Shown: positions 14,536-28,778 of the stretch, in pieces
How the letters are laid out: each line of letters begins with the position of its first letter
Position numbering within the stretch: position 1 is the first letter of the stretch
Assembly (NCBI RefSeq): GCF_009914755.1
Contig: NC_060930.1
Origin: the human T2T-CHM13v2.0 reference genome, Homo sapiens
Reading direction: 5' to 3' (one strand)
DNA length: 64,000 nucleotides
The notes under the pieces: generated by a model
Databases searched by the model: none
The model's input: the letters and a program-made list of their open reading frames with translations, nothing else
What the model was told of the DNA's origin: nothing
Made by a program: the position numbers and the translations under genes

Positions 14536-16626
14536 ATAAAATTGTATTTTGTATGTAGTCAGTCAGTGAAAGACCTGCGATTCAGTGCATTCTCCAGCAT
14601 GTGGTCCCCCTAAGCACAGGTGCCAACAAACTGAACTCCACGGCGTGGCTTTGTAAGGGCTCAGAAACATCCAGGTAAAGACTCCCAAGGCCTCTCCTTA
14701 CTGGTTTCTGTTTCCATGATCTGAATGCATTTTCTCAGCCATCTTACTAAGTTGTCATAGTAGAGACAGGCACTCTTTGCCCCAGTGAATGGATTGCGTG
14801 ACATCCTCCTCCTTGCTGTGAGATACAGCCTGTGCATCCCCGTAAGACCCTGGGTGGACCTCTGTTATACAGAAACATTGCCCTTTTAAATAAAACCTAA
14901 AGAAAGTCCATGTTTCCCAGGTCGGCCTTGAAAAGGAAATTTCCTGAGGGAGAGGCAGCTGGGCCATTTATTTAACAAACACTAGTGATGGTGCACTTAC
15001 TGTGGGCCAGACAGCATCATGAGGGCTTTATGGATATTGATGCATTTAATAGTCCTGATCTCTGTGCTGACTTCCTCCTTGCCTGGGACCTCTTGCTAGC
15101 CACTGCTGGCTGCCTGTGATCCACTCCAGGAGGAGTTGGAACCTGCTGGCTCACTAGTGGGCAAAGAACACCTCCTCTTGGACCTCCAGCCCAGCGAGCT
15201 ATCGCTGCAACATCCTGCAGGAGAGCAGAGGGCAAAGGCATGAGATAGGAGCACAAATGCAGTGAGGCCAGTAAGTGTGACTGGCCTGTTGAGGTTCATA
15301 GCCAAGGAAGAGACCTGGAGCTGGGATGTTCTACCTTTTGTCCCCTTGTCCATGCCCCTTGCTCTTCTGGAGGGAACCCCTCTCCTCCAGGGTAGCCCCT
15401 GCACACCAGGCCTTCAGTTTAGTCATGGAGATCCTTTCCACAGTGACACAGAGTGTTGGTGACAATCTCTGGTCATGGTGAAATGCGCCGCTGTTCAGAT
15501 GCCTCTTCATCGCTTGTTCTCTCCCACAACTGGAGACCATGACCAGAACAAAGAGAGTTTCTCTTCTGCATCCTGCTACTCCATCTTCCTGGACAGATTC
15601 CCCCGCTACATGCCTGCCTCCAGGCCTCCATTCCCACACCCTAGACCACCCTCTCCATGCTGACCACCCTTGGCACCAGAACCGTCCTCTCCTAAAACTC
15701 GACTGTCCTGTGGCCCACTCCCCGAGGACCCTAATAGATCATTCTAGAACAAAGATCTAGAATGATCTAGAATACAATATATTGACAGCTGACAATAACA
15801 CAATTTGTCCTTCCCAGGGGAATTTCTAATAATGAGAATAGTGATCACAGAAATACTAGAACAGTACTTTCCACGTAGTGGGTGTACAGTAAAAATGTAT
15901 TGAATTAATACTGAATGCATGTACTGTGATAAACATTTTATGTGGGCTACCTAATGTAATTATCAGAATAATCCAGTGACTTAGGCACTTTTATTATTCC
16001 CATTTTACAGATGAGGAAACTGAAGTTTGTATATGACGTCACTATTTTATGGGGAGGCTCCTTAGAAAAAAAAATCATTTTAGGCACTTTTTACTATACA
16101 TGTACTGATAATTATTTTAAAGAGCTTTTTTTGTAGGAAGTATGTTATTTTATTCATCTAAATTTGGTGCACTAAAAATACAGGTGATGTGATGTGAACT
16201 GTTGGCCATTTAAGCAGGTTCATTATCTCACATCTTTGGCCCTTCCTGCCATTCCTCTCATTAGCAGTGTGGGCAGAGGGTTAAATCTTGGCTGCCGTGG
16301 GATATGGTGAGAAACCCTATTTGTGGGTAGCTTGCCCTGGTCCACACTGCACCAGGACCTGGACCCAGGCATAGCACTGCGCCACCCTGCCACCCGTGGT
16401 CCAGCAGGGCCCTGAGGCAGGTCACTCCACTTCAAAGGAAGGAGTCATTCATGGTGGATGTCCAGGCGTGGCCTGTGCTACTAAGAGTGAGGGCTTTTTG
16501 CAAAAGAGCAGATTTTCAGTAGTACTTTTCCTCCTCCCCACAAACTATGCCGTTCCTACAACACTAAGTGTGGCCCACAGCAGAAGTTCTTAACCTGAAG
16601 TCCACCACATGGTTTTCAGGGAATTT

Positions 16627-16776
16627 TTATTTGATTTGATATATATTTTTTCCTAAATGTGAGATGGGGTCTCATTGTGTTGCCCAGGCTTGTCTCAAAC
16701 TCCTGGACTCACGTGCTCCTCTTTCCTTGGTCTCCCAAAGTGCTAGGATTATAGACATGAGCCACCACACCTGGCC
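16627..16776 (-). mobile_element. Free left Alu monomer (FLAM-like)
   Basis: Single arm. TSD tttcagggaat at 16614-16624 and 16777-16787. Confidence 0.85.
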
Positions 16777-16810
16777 TTTCAGGGAATCTTTCAGCTGCTC
16801 CATCACCATC

Positions 16811-16815
16811 CTTTT

Positions 16816-16875
<60 letters not shown>

Positions 16876-16978
16876 TTTCTTTCTTTCTTTCTTTCTTTCC
16901 TTCTTTCCTTCTTTCCTTCTTTCTTTCTTTCTTTCTTTTTCTTTCTCTTGTTTCTTTTCATTCTTTCTTTCTTTTTTC
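16811..16978. repeat. (CTTT)n complex microsatellite derived from an Alu tail
   Basis: Near-pure pyrimidine tract abutting the 3' end of a minus-strand Alu. Confidence 0.95.
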
Positions 16979-17264
16979 TGGAGACAGGGTCTCACTCTGT
17001 TACCCAGGCTAGAGTGTGGTGGCATGATCTCGGCTCACTGCAGCCTCAACCTCTTGGGACCAAATTCTGTCCTCCTGCCTCAGCCTCCCAAGTAGCTAGG
17101 ACCACAGGTTTGTGCCGCCATACCCACTTATTTTGTTTATTTTTTATAGAGGTGAGGTCTCACTGTGCTGCCCAGGCTGATCTCAAACTCTTGGGTTCAA
17201 GCATTCCACCCACCTTGACCTCCCAAAGTGTTAGCATAACAGGTGTGAACCACGACACCTGGCT
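16979..17264 (-). mobile_element. AluJ-like
   Basis: gagacagggtctcactctgttacccaggc...cacctggct. Confidence 0.9.
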
Positions 17265-19256
17265 GCCATCCAGTTTATCAGAAAAAAATTTCATATTCCT
17301 GCTTTTTTTCTGGGAAGCAAAGAATTTTCAGATTTTCACAGGCATCCGCATCCCCTAGAACAGTGAGCATTCCAGTCTGTGTGGAAGGCCAGTGCTGTGG
17401 CCTCCTTTTCTGAGGGCTGGCCCTACCACGGGAGAGGAAGCACTCTGGTGGGAGCCTTGATGTGGACAGGCGTCATCTGACGGAGAGCCACCAGGAGGAG
17501 CCACTGGCTGCTGTCAGTCGGGAGAACTGGCCCGAGGCCCTGAGGCCGGCCATCTTGTTCAGAGCCAGGATGTGGCGCTGGCACTCCAAATGGTGACCAA
17601 GCCTTTTGTTTATGCGGGTTGACTTCTGGCTCTGCCATGCTTCTATATTTCCACATTATAACATAGGATATTGTTTGCCTAAGTATAATAGGGCATGTGC
17701 GTTGGTTCCTGGCATCAGCCATGGAAGATTAGCTTACTTTCACCAACTCAGAATCAGTCCCAGTGGCCATCACAAAAGACCACACAACTCCCAGAGTGTC
17801 TATAAGTAGATACAAAACCACATGTGTTATTAGTCTTGATCTTAGACCATATTATTATTAGCTTTGCTTTGGTTGAAAGTGGGCCCCATCATATTGTTAA
17901 AATAGAGTTTCACAGCCTTTAAGTGACTAGGGTACATCACTTTTAAGATGTTTTTCCAAAAGAAAATGTTAAATCCCAAATACATTTTTGGCTGAATAGT
18001 TGGTTTTAATGGTTCAGAGTCAAAAACTGTAACTTAATTCCTAGTAAAACTTGAATCAATTTCATGAGGGTTTTGCTAAACATTTCCCTCTGTTCAGCCT
18101 GAGACTTCTACCAGTTCTTAAATCTCAAGCAATATTAGCATATTCTTTTAAAATGTCAATGTTTTTTCATTTCAAAAAAAAACTCTTGTCAGTGTCTGAC
18201 TTCTGTTGACATACAGTAGCTTATTTGTGGCCTCCATTATGGTATTGTGGTTAAAGTCTCCCATTTCCCCTCACTCTCTTTTTCCCTAGTATCAGTGAGG
18301 AAACACAATGTCAAATGACAGTCTGAACAACTGGATCTGTACTGCTGGCTTCAACCTCAAATGTAGTTCGCTGCCTTTCTACATTTTGCTTTTGAGGGGG
18401 ATGACGGTCGGTGGGAATGTTATTCAGATATCAGCATCCGTAGGCTGAACTTAATATGAAGTGTGAGTGGTGCCCGCTCTGCCTCATTCGGCCATGGGGT
18501 TTATTGGGGAAATGGCGTCTGCTGCATGCCTGTGGCTCCAGCTTAATACCACCAGAGACAAGAATGCTGGGCGCAGCTGAAAGGCAGTAACCCATCTGGA
18601 GAGCTCCTAAAAAGGATCCAAGTTTGCTTAATAATGTGCTCAGTAGTCTAATGTTTTGGGCACAAATAGCAAAAAGCTCTTCCAATAACACGTGCTTTGG
18701 ATATCAGATTAATCTGGGGCAGGAAACACTTGCAAAGTGGAATCCACCCAAGAGAAAAAGGCCAATATGCCAGCATCAAAGGCTTAGTGTTTTGTTTTGC
18801 TTTACAAAGTGAGCACATAGTGAGCACACATTGCTGAAACAATCAATGTCTCAACTGTATGCCAAATTCTGTAAGTTGATAAGTACCATTTTTTTTATTA
18901 GGGGTGTAACTAATAGAGCACTGCTTTTATAATCTAGTCCTACTTTCAGATTCAGAGAGATTTAGGCATTCTGAAGTTAAGTCCCAGGGCAGGGTCTTTA
19001 CTCAAAGTGTGGATGTGTGGACAGGCTTTCTGGCTATAAGCAGTAGCATTAGCTATTTGGGGCTCAGAAACCCGTGCATTTGAAATTTGTCATTTTTTGT
19101 GAAACTGGGTTTTTATTTTGAGAGTTGCTCCTGTGTTCCTTATTTTTCCATGAGTTCACCTTCATGGTATACTAAACTTCATTTTTACTTAAGATGCAAT
19201 GCTACATAGAAATAAGGAAAAGGGATTTATTTGGTCCACAAACTCAATTTATTGTA

Positions 19257-19308
19257 TTAGGTTGGTGCAAAAGTAATTGTGGTTTTTGTCATGAAAAGTA
19301 AGGGCAAA
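19257..19308. mobile_element. MADE1 (Hsmar1-derived MITE), truncated
   Basis: TA followed by ttaggttggtgcaaaagtaattgtggtttttgtcat matches the Hsmar1 TIR. The second arm is lost after ggcaaa. Confidence 0.85.
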
Positions 19309-20347
19309 CATATTTTTGAGCCCAGATGATGTGCCCAACCCTGCTAGTCACACAAAGAACAGAGAGGACATGGATGGCGCTCACCAGGAAGTGTGTGTGG
19401 GTACCCTGCGGATCTCTAGGCACAGGCTTAGTAACAATTCTCTTGTCCACCACAGGGAGGTGACTGGAAGGTGCCAGGAAGCCCCAAATGATTCTAGTTC
19501 ACTATTGCCCTCTCATATACAGAACATCTCTCTCCTGCAGTTGAAAGACTGAGCTTAAAGCCAGCAAAAATCTCTGAGAAGGAGAGGTGGGGTTTTAAGA
19601 GCAAGGCAACCCCCTTCTAGTTCTCCATTTTCTTTAATCATCTATGTAGGATTTTGTGTTTTATTTATTTAAAGGGATGCAGATTACTCCACAGTGCCAC
19701 AATTTTGCCAGTCACCCAAGTCTGGAAGCTTGAAGTCCTTTCAATTATACCTTAAAAAAAGCCATCTCCCAGAATATCTGCTTAGAAATGTTCTAGATAT
19801 TTTCCCAGCTCACCATAGAGCTGGGAAACCATCACAGAAGCCAGATTGCTGAATGCCAGGCATGTGACTGTCAACAACTATTGTTTTCTGGAGGCCACAG
19901 TCAAGAAGTATTCAATAGAAAATTGGAAAGAGATTTTCCCTTCAAATCCATACACAGCTTTAATGCACTTAGAACATACCTGTGCCTGGAGTATATCGTG
20001 CATCCCTGTTTATGGAGCCTAGAGTCTTATTTGGTGAACAAAATGTAAGCAAGAATGGCTTCAGTCCTATCCTGGAAGTTTAACAAAAGCAAGCTCAGAG
20101 GCTTCTTTCTGTTGGGAATATGCAGGTCACACACAGTTAGTGTTATAAGTTGGTCCCAAAACCAGTCTACTGGCCAGGGGTAGGGCCACCACTGCCTGTT
20201 AGCAGGCCAAGGAGTTGGCTGATCTTTGGGTTCCTGTTTCACTTCAGCTTGTTCTGGATCATCTGCTAGGAAGCTAAAAGCTGCTCTTTAACAAGAAGGC
20301 ATCTTCTATCTGTGAAGTTTTCTTCTCCTTTCCTGAGATGTGAAAAT

Positions 20348-20545
20348 GGTATAGTACATAGGTCAATCATGGTCTTTGCAGTCAGTAGACATGGGTTTGA
20401 ATCCCAGCTCTAATTCTTACCAGCTGTTTAACTGTCGGCAATCTCCTTAACCTCTCTGAATGTCTGTTTCTTCATCCGAAAGCAGAGAATGGTGACCTCA
20501 CAAAGCTGTTTTGAGGATTAATGGAGATAATGTGCCCGTGCACCG
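20348..20545 (+). mobile_element. MIR
   Basis: gggtttgaatcccagctct...cttaacctctctgaatgtctgtttcttcatc...tgaggattaatggagataa. Confidence 0.8.
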
Positions 20546-21539
20546 ATGTACAGTTTCCAAGGCACTTTTCTAATCATCTCATTTGATTCTTCCGTTTCCG
20601 TCTGCAATAGGGCAGGGTTTTCAAGTGCTCAACTTAGTCAAGTTTTTGAGTTTGAAAGGAGAGACCAACACAATTGTTCCAAAGTCTCTCATGATGCAGA
20701 TTCCAGCATTCCCTGGTGTGATCCCTTGTGAAGTGTGGCATGAGGACTCTACTGGCTTCAGCTTTTCTGGTGGCAGTAGAATTGCCCATCTAGTGCCTAC
20801 TGATCTGAGTGGACTTGACTTCTTGGCCATGTCTCTGTTTGGAGTTAAAGAGGAACGATTTTCCTTGTGCATTATTTTGAAAATCACCTTTGAAGTCACT
20901 AGTTAGAGTTGTTTTCAAATGCAAATGTCGAGGTCACATGAAGTTGAGTGACCACATCCTGTGGCACATTCCCACTTGCTCTTCTAGTTTATTTTTAATA
21001 CAGACCAAGAGTAAAAATATATACACACCCCATTTCAGATGCAAATTGAAGCCAGACTTTGTTTCTACATATCTGTGAAATGGAGTAAGCTAACTAATGG
21101 GAAAAAAGATTATGCCTAATACTTAGACATAGTTTGCTAGTAGTTGCTAATGTCAAAATAACATTGAGTTTTTAGGAAAAATTAAGGAATGTGTACAGAA
21201 TGATGCTGCAATTATAGTCTTTATGTCTTTAATGAAATAGATTTAGGATTTCATTAGAAATCCAATAGAAGTAGGATTTTCCACACTAAGGCTCATTAGT
21301 CAGAGTCAAGGAAACACATTTTCATAATCATTTATGGAGCATTTCAAAATTTAAAAGTCCTTTTGGCTCTCTGAAATCTAATCTTATGTGTTCTCCCACC
21401 CCTTGGCCATTTTGGGATACTTAAATGAGGTCAGAGTTTTTCATTAACAGTTCAAGCCCTTGTGAGAAATTCTAGCCCAGAATTTCTACTTGAAATGTGA
21501 GCACCAAACTTTACTTTGGGAACAACAACAACCAAAGAA

Positions 21540-23400
21540 ATGCAAACCAAGAGGACAGACCATGTTCATGCATGAAAATATGGAATATCACAAAAATGCC
21601 ATTTTCCTCACATGAGCATATAATTTAAAGTATTTTTTTTTAGCTTAAAGTGATTCTCAAGCTCATCTGGAAAAAATAAACAAGTGACATGGCCAGTGAT
21701 CTTTTTTTAAAGTAATGAGAGGAGATTTGCCCAACAAGATTCAAAAATACTAGAAAGCTCTTGGGTTTAAAATAATGGTGTAAAAGCACAAGCTCAGATA
21801 GACAAGTCAGTGAAACAGTAACAGAAACAGTTGCTAATGCAAAAGGTAATGTGCTCTCTGGTAAAGATCATTAAAAAGAAAGAATAAATAAAGGTGTAAA
21901 TTAGTTAGCTAAATGTTTAGGGAAAAAATAGTCTCCTTATATCATGGGCCTTAATAAATTCCAGATGGTCTAAAGAGTTCATTTTTTTTTTAATGAAAAT
22001 ATGAAAGGAATAGAGGAAAATATAGTTGACTGTTTTTTGGGGGGATGGGGTTTTGCTAAGGATTTACTAAGCATAAAAGCAGTAAAACACATATTTATAC
22101 AAGGAGAAAGTAAAGGGCTGGCATGGTGGCTCATGCATGTAATCCTAGCACTTTAGGAGGCCGAGGCAAGTGGATCACTTGAGGTCAGGAGTTCGAGACC
22201 AGCCTGACCAAAACCCCATCTATACTAAAAAATACAAAAATCAGCTGGGTGTGGTGGCGGATGCCTGTAATCCCAGCTACTCAGGACGCTGAGGCAGGAG
22301 AATCGCTTGAACCTGGGGGGCAGAGGTTGTAGTGAGCCGAGATGGGGCCACTGCATTCCAGCCTGGGCAATAGAGTGAGACTGTCTCCAAAAAAAAAAAA
22401 AGAGAGAGAGAGACACAGTAAAGAATAAATATGTTTAATTGAAACTTTAAGCATGTTTAAAACATACTTAAGTTGGCAAAATATTTGCAACAATGATATC
22501 ATATGATTATATTTTACCAAAACATGAAGCATTTTTTACAAATCCATAAGAAAATCACTAACAGAAAACAATGGAGAAAGAGAAATACAAGTTACCAACA
22601 AATACACTAAGAAATAAGCCCAACCACATTCATAATCTAAGAAGTGCATATTAAAATGAGACCATATTTTCTATGAAATTATTATTGTCTGTTATGTGAA
22701 CAAACACTGAGCAGTCGTGGAGTCCCCGATGATGAGGATGAAGAGAAATGGCGCCTCAGGAGACTCCTAGAGGGAGAGCACATTGTTAACCCCTGGGGTA
22801 AAGAGCAAGTTAGTGATACATCTTAAAAGCCTTCAAAATGCCCATAGCTGCAGAACTGATAGAAAAATCCTGTATCTTGATTGTGGTAGTAGGGGCATAG
22901 GTATATATAGCTGTCAAAACTCATCAAATTGTATATTAAAATTGATGTGTTAATTAAATGTAAGTGATTCTTTGATTTCTTGGTGAGGAAATAATGTTTA
23001 CAATCTTTGACCCATTTCAATGCTAGAAAAAAAAATCATACAGGTACATGAAAACTATTATAAGGATGTTCCTCACAGGATAGTTTACCATTGCACAATA
23101 AAAAGACAACTGTAAAAATAGAAGAATAGCTAAATACATTTTGATATACCAAAAACAGTTAAATGACATAGCTGATTGCTTGAAATATGATGTGACATGA
23201 AGTAAAGGAGAAAAGAATAGTAAATCGTATTTACAATATGATACCAGTTTTACTAGAAAAACTACGTGAGCACAGGAAATGATTAAATTGAAATGCTCAG
23301 AATGTTGATGTTGTTAGTCATATCTTTGGGTGGTGGGATTATTAGTAATTTATTTTCTTCATTTCCCAACTGTTAGATAGTAAGCATGTAGCATTTTAAA
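21540..23400 (+). mobile_element. Decayed L1M (L1ME-like) ORF2/3' fragments
   Basis: A-rich sequence with L1-like motifs (ccatgttcatg, atttgcccaacaagattc, aaaatatttgcaac). Boundaries are approximate. Confidence 0.55.
22116..22412 (+). mobile_element. AluS (Sx/Sz-like) with a small internal deletion
   Basis: Both arms, A tail followed by (AG)n. Confidence 0.9.
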
Positions 23401-23759
23401 TTATGGGAAAAGCATGAATTTTAGGAAAATAATTGAATGTTCAGATAAAAATTATATGGAAGCAGAAGGAGAGCCCACTGGCTTACTGTGGAATTGCTGG
23501 GAGCACACAGAATTTTTATCCCTCTCTCTTCCGTGTTCTTTTCCTGCACCCGCAGCAACACTGATGAAAATGGGGCAAGTAAAGAACATCATTCTCGAGG
23601 GGGCAGCACAGTTGTGTGCACACAAAATCCTGGGTTCCACTTTTTGTCCCTTTACCAGCCCCTCTCTCTAAGATATCTAACCTCTTTTTGGCAACTGTCC
23701 TTTGGATTTCATCAGTTCACCTGGCAAATTCTAGCCAGTAGTTTTTTAAAAACTCACCT

Positions 23760-23761
<2 letters not shown>

Positions 23762-23819
<58 letters not shown>
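23762..23819. repeat. Compound (TC)n(AC)n microsatellite
   Basis: Direct reading. Confidence 0.95.
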
Positions 23820-23822
<3 letters not shown>

Positions 23823-26167
23823 GCCCTTTCTTGTATACAGAAGCTATAAAATGTGTGTAGATTTCTAGCCCTGAAATACTAAAGTTCTATAATTCTGTAC
23901 TTAACTCTTTAATAATCTTGACATTTTATCTACCATATGAACTACGGTACAAACACCATTAAGGGCAGGACTTGGCTTTCCAGGCCTGAATGCAGGTATT
24001 TAAAATAATTGAATTACAAGAAGGTAGCTCATAGATCTTTTCCATTGCAGCATAACTGTCTTGAATCTGAAAACACATTGTCTGTCTTAACTCTGCAGTA
24101 GCTGACACACCCTCCTCCTCACAAGTCACTGTAGTAGTAAGATTAAATATTATAATGATGGTTTAGCAAATCGGATGGGGACTCATCAGCTATTTTCATA
24201 TCAAGAACTGAGGTTGAAATATGCATCCTTTATTTGTTTTTCATTGAGTGATTACAGATGGCACCTAATAAAGTCTTCATGCTGTGATATCTTGAAGCCA
24301 TTGATTTATGTTTGGTAAGTGTGGACACACCAACTCTAGTCAACCTCCCTCCCATTACATACCACAAGGAATGTTAAAATGACATTTGCCTATTTGCTTT
24401 TTCTAGTGACTGATGAGGATCCTTTCTGAGAGGTAAACACCAGCATTATTGAGGAGTGAAGTTTAGGCTTGATATTTTTCAATAAAGTATATTCCTCATT
24501 ATACTTTATCCTCCAAAATAAAATGACAAAAATAAAACTTTGGACTTTTCTTTGGATACATATTAGCCAAAACCATCATGCCCCTGGTAAATATAAATTG
24601 ATTCTGAGTTTTTAGAAAATAAATCACGAATTGTACAAAAACATTGAGAGTCAGAAGATGTTAGAATACTGGATGTGGAGGTGAATTGGTGTGCCTTTTC
24701 TTCCATTTGATTTGGACTATGGTGTGACTGACTATTTTAGCATCTCTTCCTAATTCTTTCCTTTGTTGAAAGTGTTGTAAAGGCCCACATGCCAAGGCTA
24801 ATTGTGGGGCCAGAGCCAGGGAGACTGCTGGGCAGGTGGTTATCTAGGCAGGGATGGCAGTTGGGCAGAAGGCACAAGCAATACAAGCTCTGGGAACATC
24901 AGGTGGCTTCAGTCTAGAGACACAGATCAGGTAACCCAGGGAAAGATGGTGGAGTTGAGGAATAATGCTAAGAGTGAGGGCCACAGACCAGCATCGACCA
25001 GAAGCCTCCACGGTGAAATATGGATTCCATGAGCTTGGACTCAGCAGCCAAGAAAAGTCTCATTTAATAGTCATTGCGATCTCAATTTCACAGCCATATC
25101 GATGGAGAAACATCTGTGCTCAAGAGGAGAGAATTCCACAACAGCTTACAGCCACACACTGGTCATCCCTGTGAAAGATGCAGCTGACCAGACATGATGT
25201 AGAAAGTCAGGCAGGCCCTCTGAACCCCATGGGCGCCTCTGCCAAGTGGTGGCGAGCATTCTGGAAAAAGTGGAAAGGCCAATACAGAGAAGTGACGGGC
25301 CTGCAAATGGTCCTGATTTTTCTAACACCAATTCAGGGGCATCATTGGGTCTTTTGACCCAAGATCTTAAGTGGATCCTCTGTGCATTTCATTACTTAGT
25401 TAAATAGCATGTCATTCCGTAAGAAAGCAAACCTGAATTGGTTTTGCCTAAACTACATAGCCCAGGAAATTGAGCAGAGGATTGAATGGCACAGTTCCTG
25501 ATCTCAGCAGGCTATGGTTTCCCCTTTGTATCTCCACTTTGTATCTGACTGCATTTTCTCTTTGCCCTAAACCATCCAGCTATTGCAGTGGCGATGGGGG
25601 GGTGTCTGACAAAACTTTACTTTTCTTCCTTTTTTATTAAAGTGTTTCAGATGCTGCAGTCATGAATGATTTTTGAATGTTTATTATTTACCTAATACAG
25701 GCAAGAAGATATAGTAGAAGATAAAAAATGAATAGAAAAGAGATAGTACTACCCAAATGGAACTCTATTAGGGAGGGGAAAATATGTGAAACATCCAAAA
25801 TATATTTTTGACATTTTTACAGAATTAAATAATTATAGATTATACGGTATTCATGATCAAGAAGTGCTTTGGAATTTTATGCACCTAATGAATGTATAGG
25901 TGGGGAAAGTTGATCTATAAATGCACATGTATACTGTAAGGGATATGAATCTTTACTTTCACTGAACCACCAGACCTTAAAATTTTATAGGAGCAGAGCA
26001 TCTCAAAGTCTTGATGTCTGTAATTTCATAAAGTATCATTAACACATTAAGTTTCAACTAAATTGAAATTAATTGTTTCATTTGGGGAGATTAGCATTTT
26101 TCTATTTCAGTGGCAGAATACTGATGTTTCAAGGGAATATATTTTGAGGATAACAGTCATAATATTA

Positions 26168-26437
26168 ATAGTTGTTGTTATTATATTTAACACTCATTGG
26201 GAGCTTCTTGTGTCTCAGGAATCTTGTTAAGTCCTTTAGATGTACTATTTCATTTAATCCTAAGAACAACCCTGTGAGGAAGATACTATTATTATGTCCA
26301 TTGTACAGATAAGGAAACCACCAACTTAGAGATGATTCATAACGCTTCTATGTTACTGAGCTGGTCGCTAGCAGCACTCAAGTGATTGAACATTCAACCC
26401 AGGCCCAGGTGACTTGCAACCCCGTGCTCGTAAGCTC
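26168..26437 (-). mobile_element. MIR
   Basis: tcatttaatcctaagaacaaccctgtgagg...cattgtacagataaggaaac. Confidence 0.8.
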
Positions 26438-28653
26438 TTAACTGGTCTCTCTCTCTCTCTCTCTGAAAAGGGCAAAATCTAAAACATGATTATCTGAGGG
26501 AGATGGGGTAGCTAGAAAAGTAGGATTCTATGAAATGTTATTCTGCTGAATTCTCAAGAACACAGTGTTTCTGGAAAGCTTAGTGGTTCTGTTGAGGTGA
26601 TGTTCATTGATATTCTAAATGTGTTACTTTGTTTTATTTTTTTGTTGGTGGGGGAAGACTTTACTAGTTGGAATTACTAAAATCGCTTTAATAAAGTGCT
26701 TGCAAAGACTCAATCTGGTTAACAGTAAAGCCATTTGTTTCAGTCATGTCAGCAACTTTGGTTTTCATAAGGGTTTTAATGAATCGGAGAGTGGAATTTA
26801 AGAAAGCAAACAATCCAAGGAATACTCCTTATTTTTCTAAAATAGCAAAGCAAAAATGGGAACCCTTTCCAGTTTAGTTACAGCAAGTATCTATTGGAGT
26901 TTTAGAAATTCTTAGAGTACATCATTTATCATATAGAACAAAACTTGATTAATGAACACTTTTTAAAAGTCTTTTTAGGGTCCTATTATTATTTTAGTTG
27001 TTTAGATATAAAAATATTTTATGACATATTCACTGTTAAATTTATAGTGAATTGACATTCAGTGACATTTGTTTTTAAAGTTGTTTATTGAAATATGTAG
27101 TCTACCAGAAATAAGTACGGTTACCAACTGCTGAAATCAATTTAATAGTAATTTGGTCTTGTTAGTCTGTTAAAAAGAATTATTGGCCTTCAGATACTTC
27201 CACAAAGCCCTTTGTTACTCATGAATCCCATCAAGATGCTATGAATAAAGACTGTGAATATCAATAAGTTTGAAAACATTCCATGCTCATGTTCAGGGTC
27301 ATATTTTTCCCTGTCTTCTATGTTCCTCTTTGTGGCTATAAACCCAAACTTATGTGTTGTGTGTTTTTTCTATGACAATTATGGATATGACTTATTTACT
27401 ATATGCTCTATGAGGTATAACCTAATGTCAACTGACTTCAACTATGTTTGCCATACTTCCAAAAAAATAGCCACTCATGTATCTGTCTGATCAGGAGGTG
27501 AACCGATGGTGCTGTATGAAATTGAGAACTAATTATCTCATAAACATTCTAAGTGGATATAAGGAATTATGTGCTCAGTTGCAACCACTAATTTATCGAA
27601 GCACCGGGTCTAAATACCTCAGGGAATGCACAGAAGCCTGATGGTTGAAAAGCCTTCAAAGCATTCTCTCAGCTAAAAAGTACAAGAATTGGGGCTCATA
27701 TCTAGTGCCTTTTTGGACAGTTGGTCACAGAAGCTTAGAAACATTGGCACAAGTATTGTCAGGTGGAGCCTGGCCGTGACCTCTGTGAAATGGCTGTCAT
27801 GAGCTTGGCAGGGTGGGAATAATGGCTCTCCTGCCACCATCTGTCACCCCTGTCCAAGACACCAGCACAATTTGAGAGCAGCTGTGGTTCCCTACCCTAT
27901 TCTCACCCCATCCCCCCATGCCCAGCAGCTCCCTCCCTGGGACTTTGGACCTCGTGGGAAAAAAATGGAGAAGGAGGGAAAGAAAAGTACTTGAGGGTTT
28001 TGTAAATGTTCAGAAAGGGAGGGGGGTGCGGTAGAATTAAATCTACCCAAAGAAGAGCCAAAGAGCTTTCACTTGCTTTCCCTTCTAGCCAACCAGTAAC
28101 CAGTAGGCCTTCATTTTATTGTCACATGTAAAACTCAAGAAGTGATGAGTAAGTAGCATTCAATTAGAATTTAATCTTTTTTGGTAGAAATGGTGTAAAA
28201 GTTTTCAATGAGGATATGCTGATTCCTGGTTGCATGTTCCACAGCCTTTGATGTTCAACCACATCATCTTGCACTTATAGCTAAAAGGTGTCAGACACCT
28301 AACATTGTCTTAGCAATCTTCTGTGGTTCCAGATACTGTGTGCATCTTACAGGCTGGAGCTGGGGGACACCGATGCTTAATGGGAAAACTAATGACTTTA
28401 TACAGATCTTATAAAACTCTGCTATTGTCGGGGGGCAGGCATTTAGTAGATTAAGTTTGTAATCTAAGAGAGGAAACTGGGCAGGAAAGACAAGAGTGAG
28501 GTGAAGCACCACCGTGGACCAGAAAAAGGCTTGAAATTAGAAGCCTTTGGCAAAAGTGTGAAACTTTGCCACTTTACATTGTTCAGTGGGTCAGAAATTG
28601 TCAAAGATTTTCTTTTTTCTCCAAAGAGAAATGACGAGGAAGGAGAGACATTT

Positions 28654-28778
28654 TTTATTTGTTCTGGGTGTTTGTTTATTGTTTGTTTTGGACAAGGTCT
28701 CACTCTGTTGCCCAGACTGGAGTACAGTGGTGCAGTCACAGCTCACTGCAGCCTAGAACTCCCCGGCTCAAGCAATCT
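28654..28778 (-). mobile_element. Severely 5'-truncated old Alu (AluJ/FRAM-like 3' end)
   Basis: About 90 bp of right arm plus tail. TSD gaa(g/a)gagagacattt at 28639-28653 and 28779-28793. Confidence 0.85.

Noticed and set aside
16664-17095. FLSF/KERK repeat ORFs
   Set aside because: Translation of the (CTTT)n microsatellite and flanking Alus.
17488-17501. CTCF-like CCACCAGGAGGAGC
   Set aside because: Two mismatches at informative core positions.
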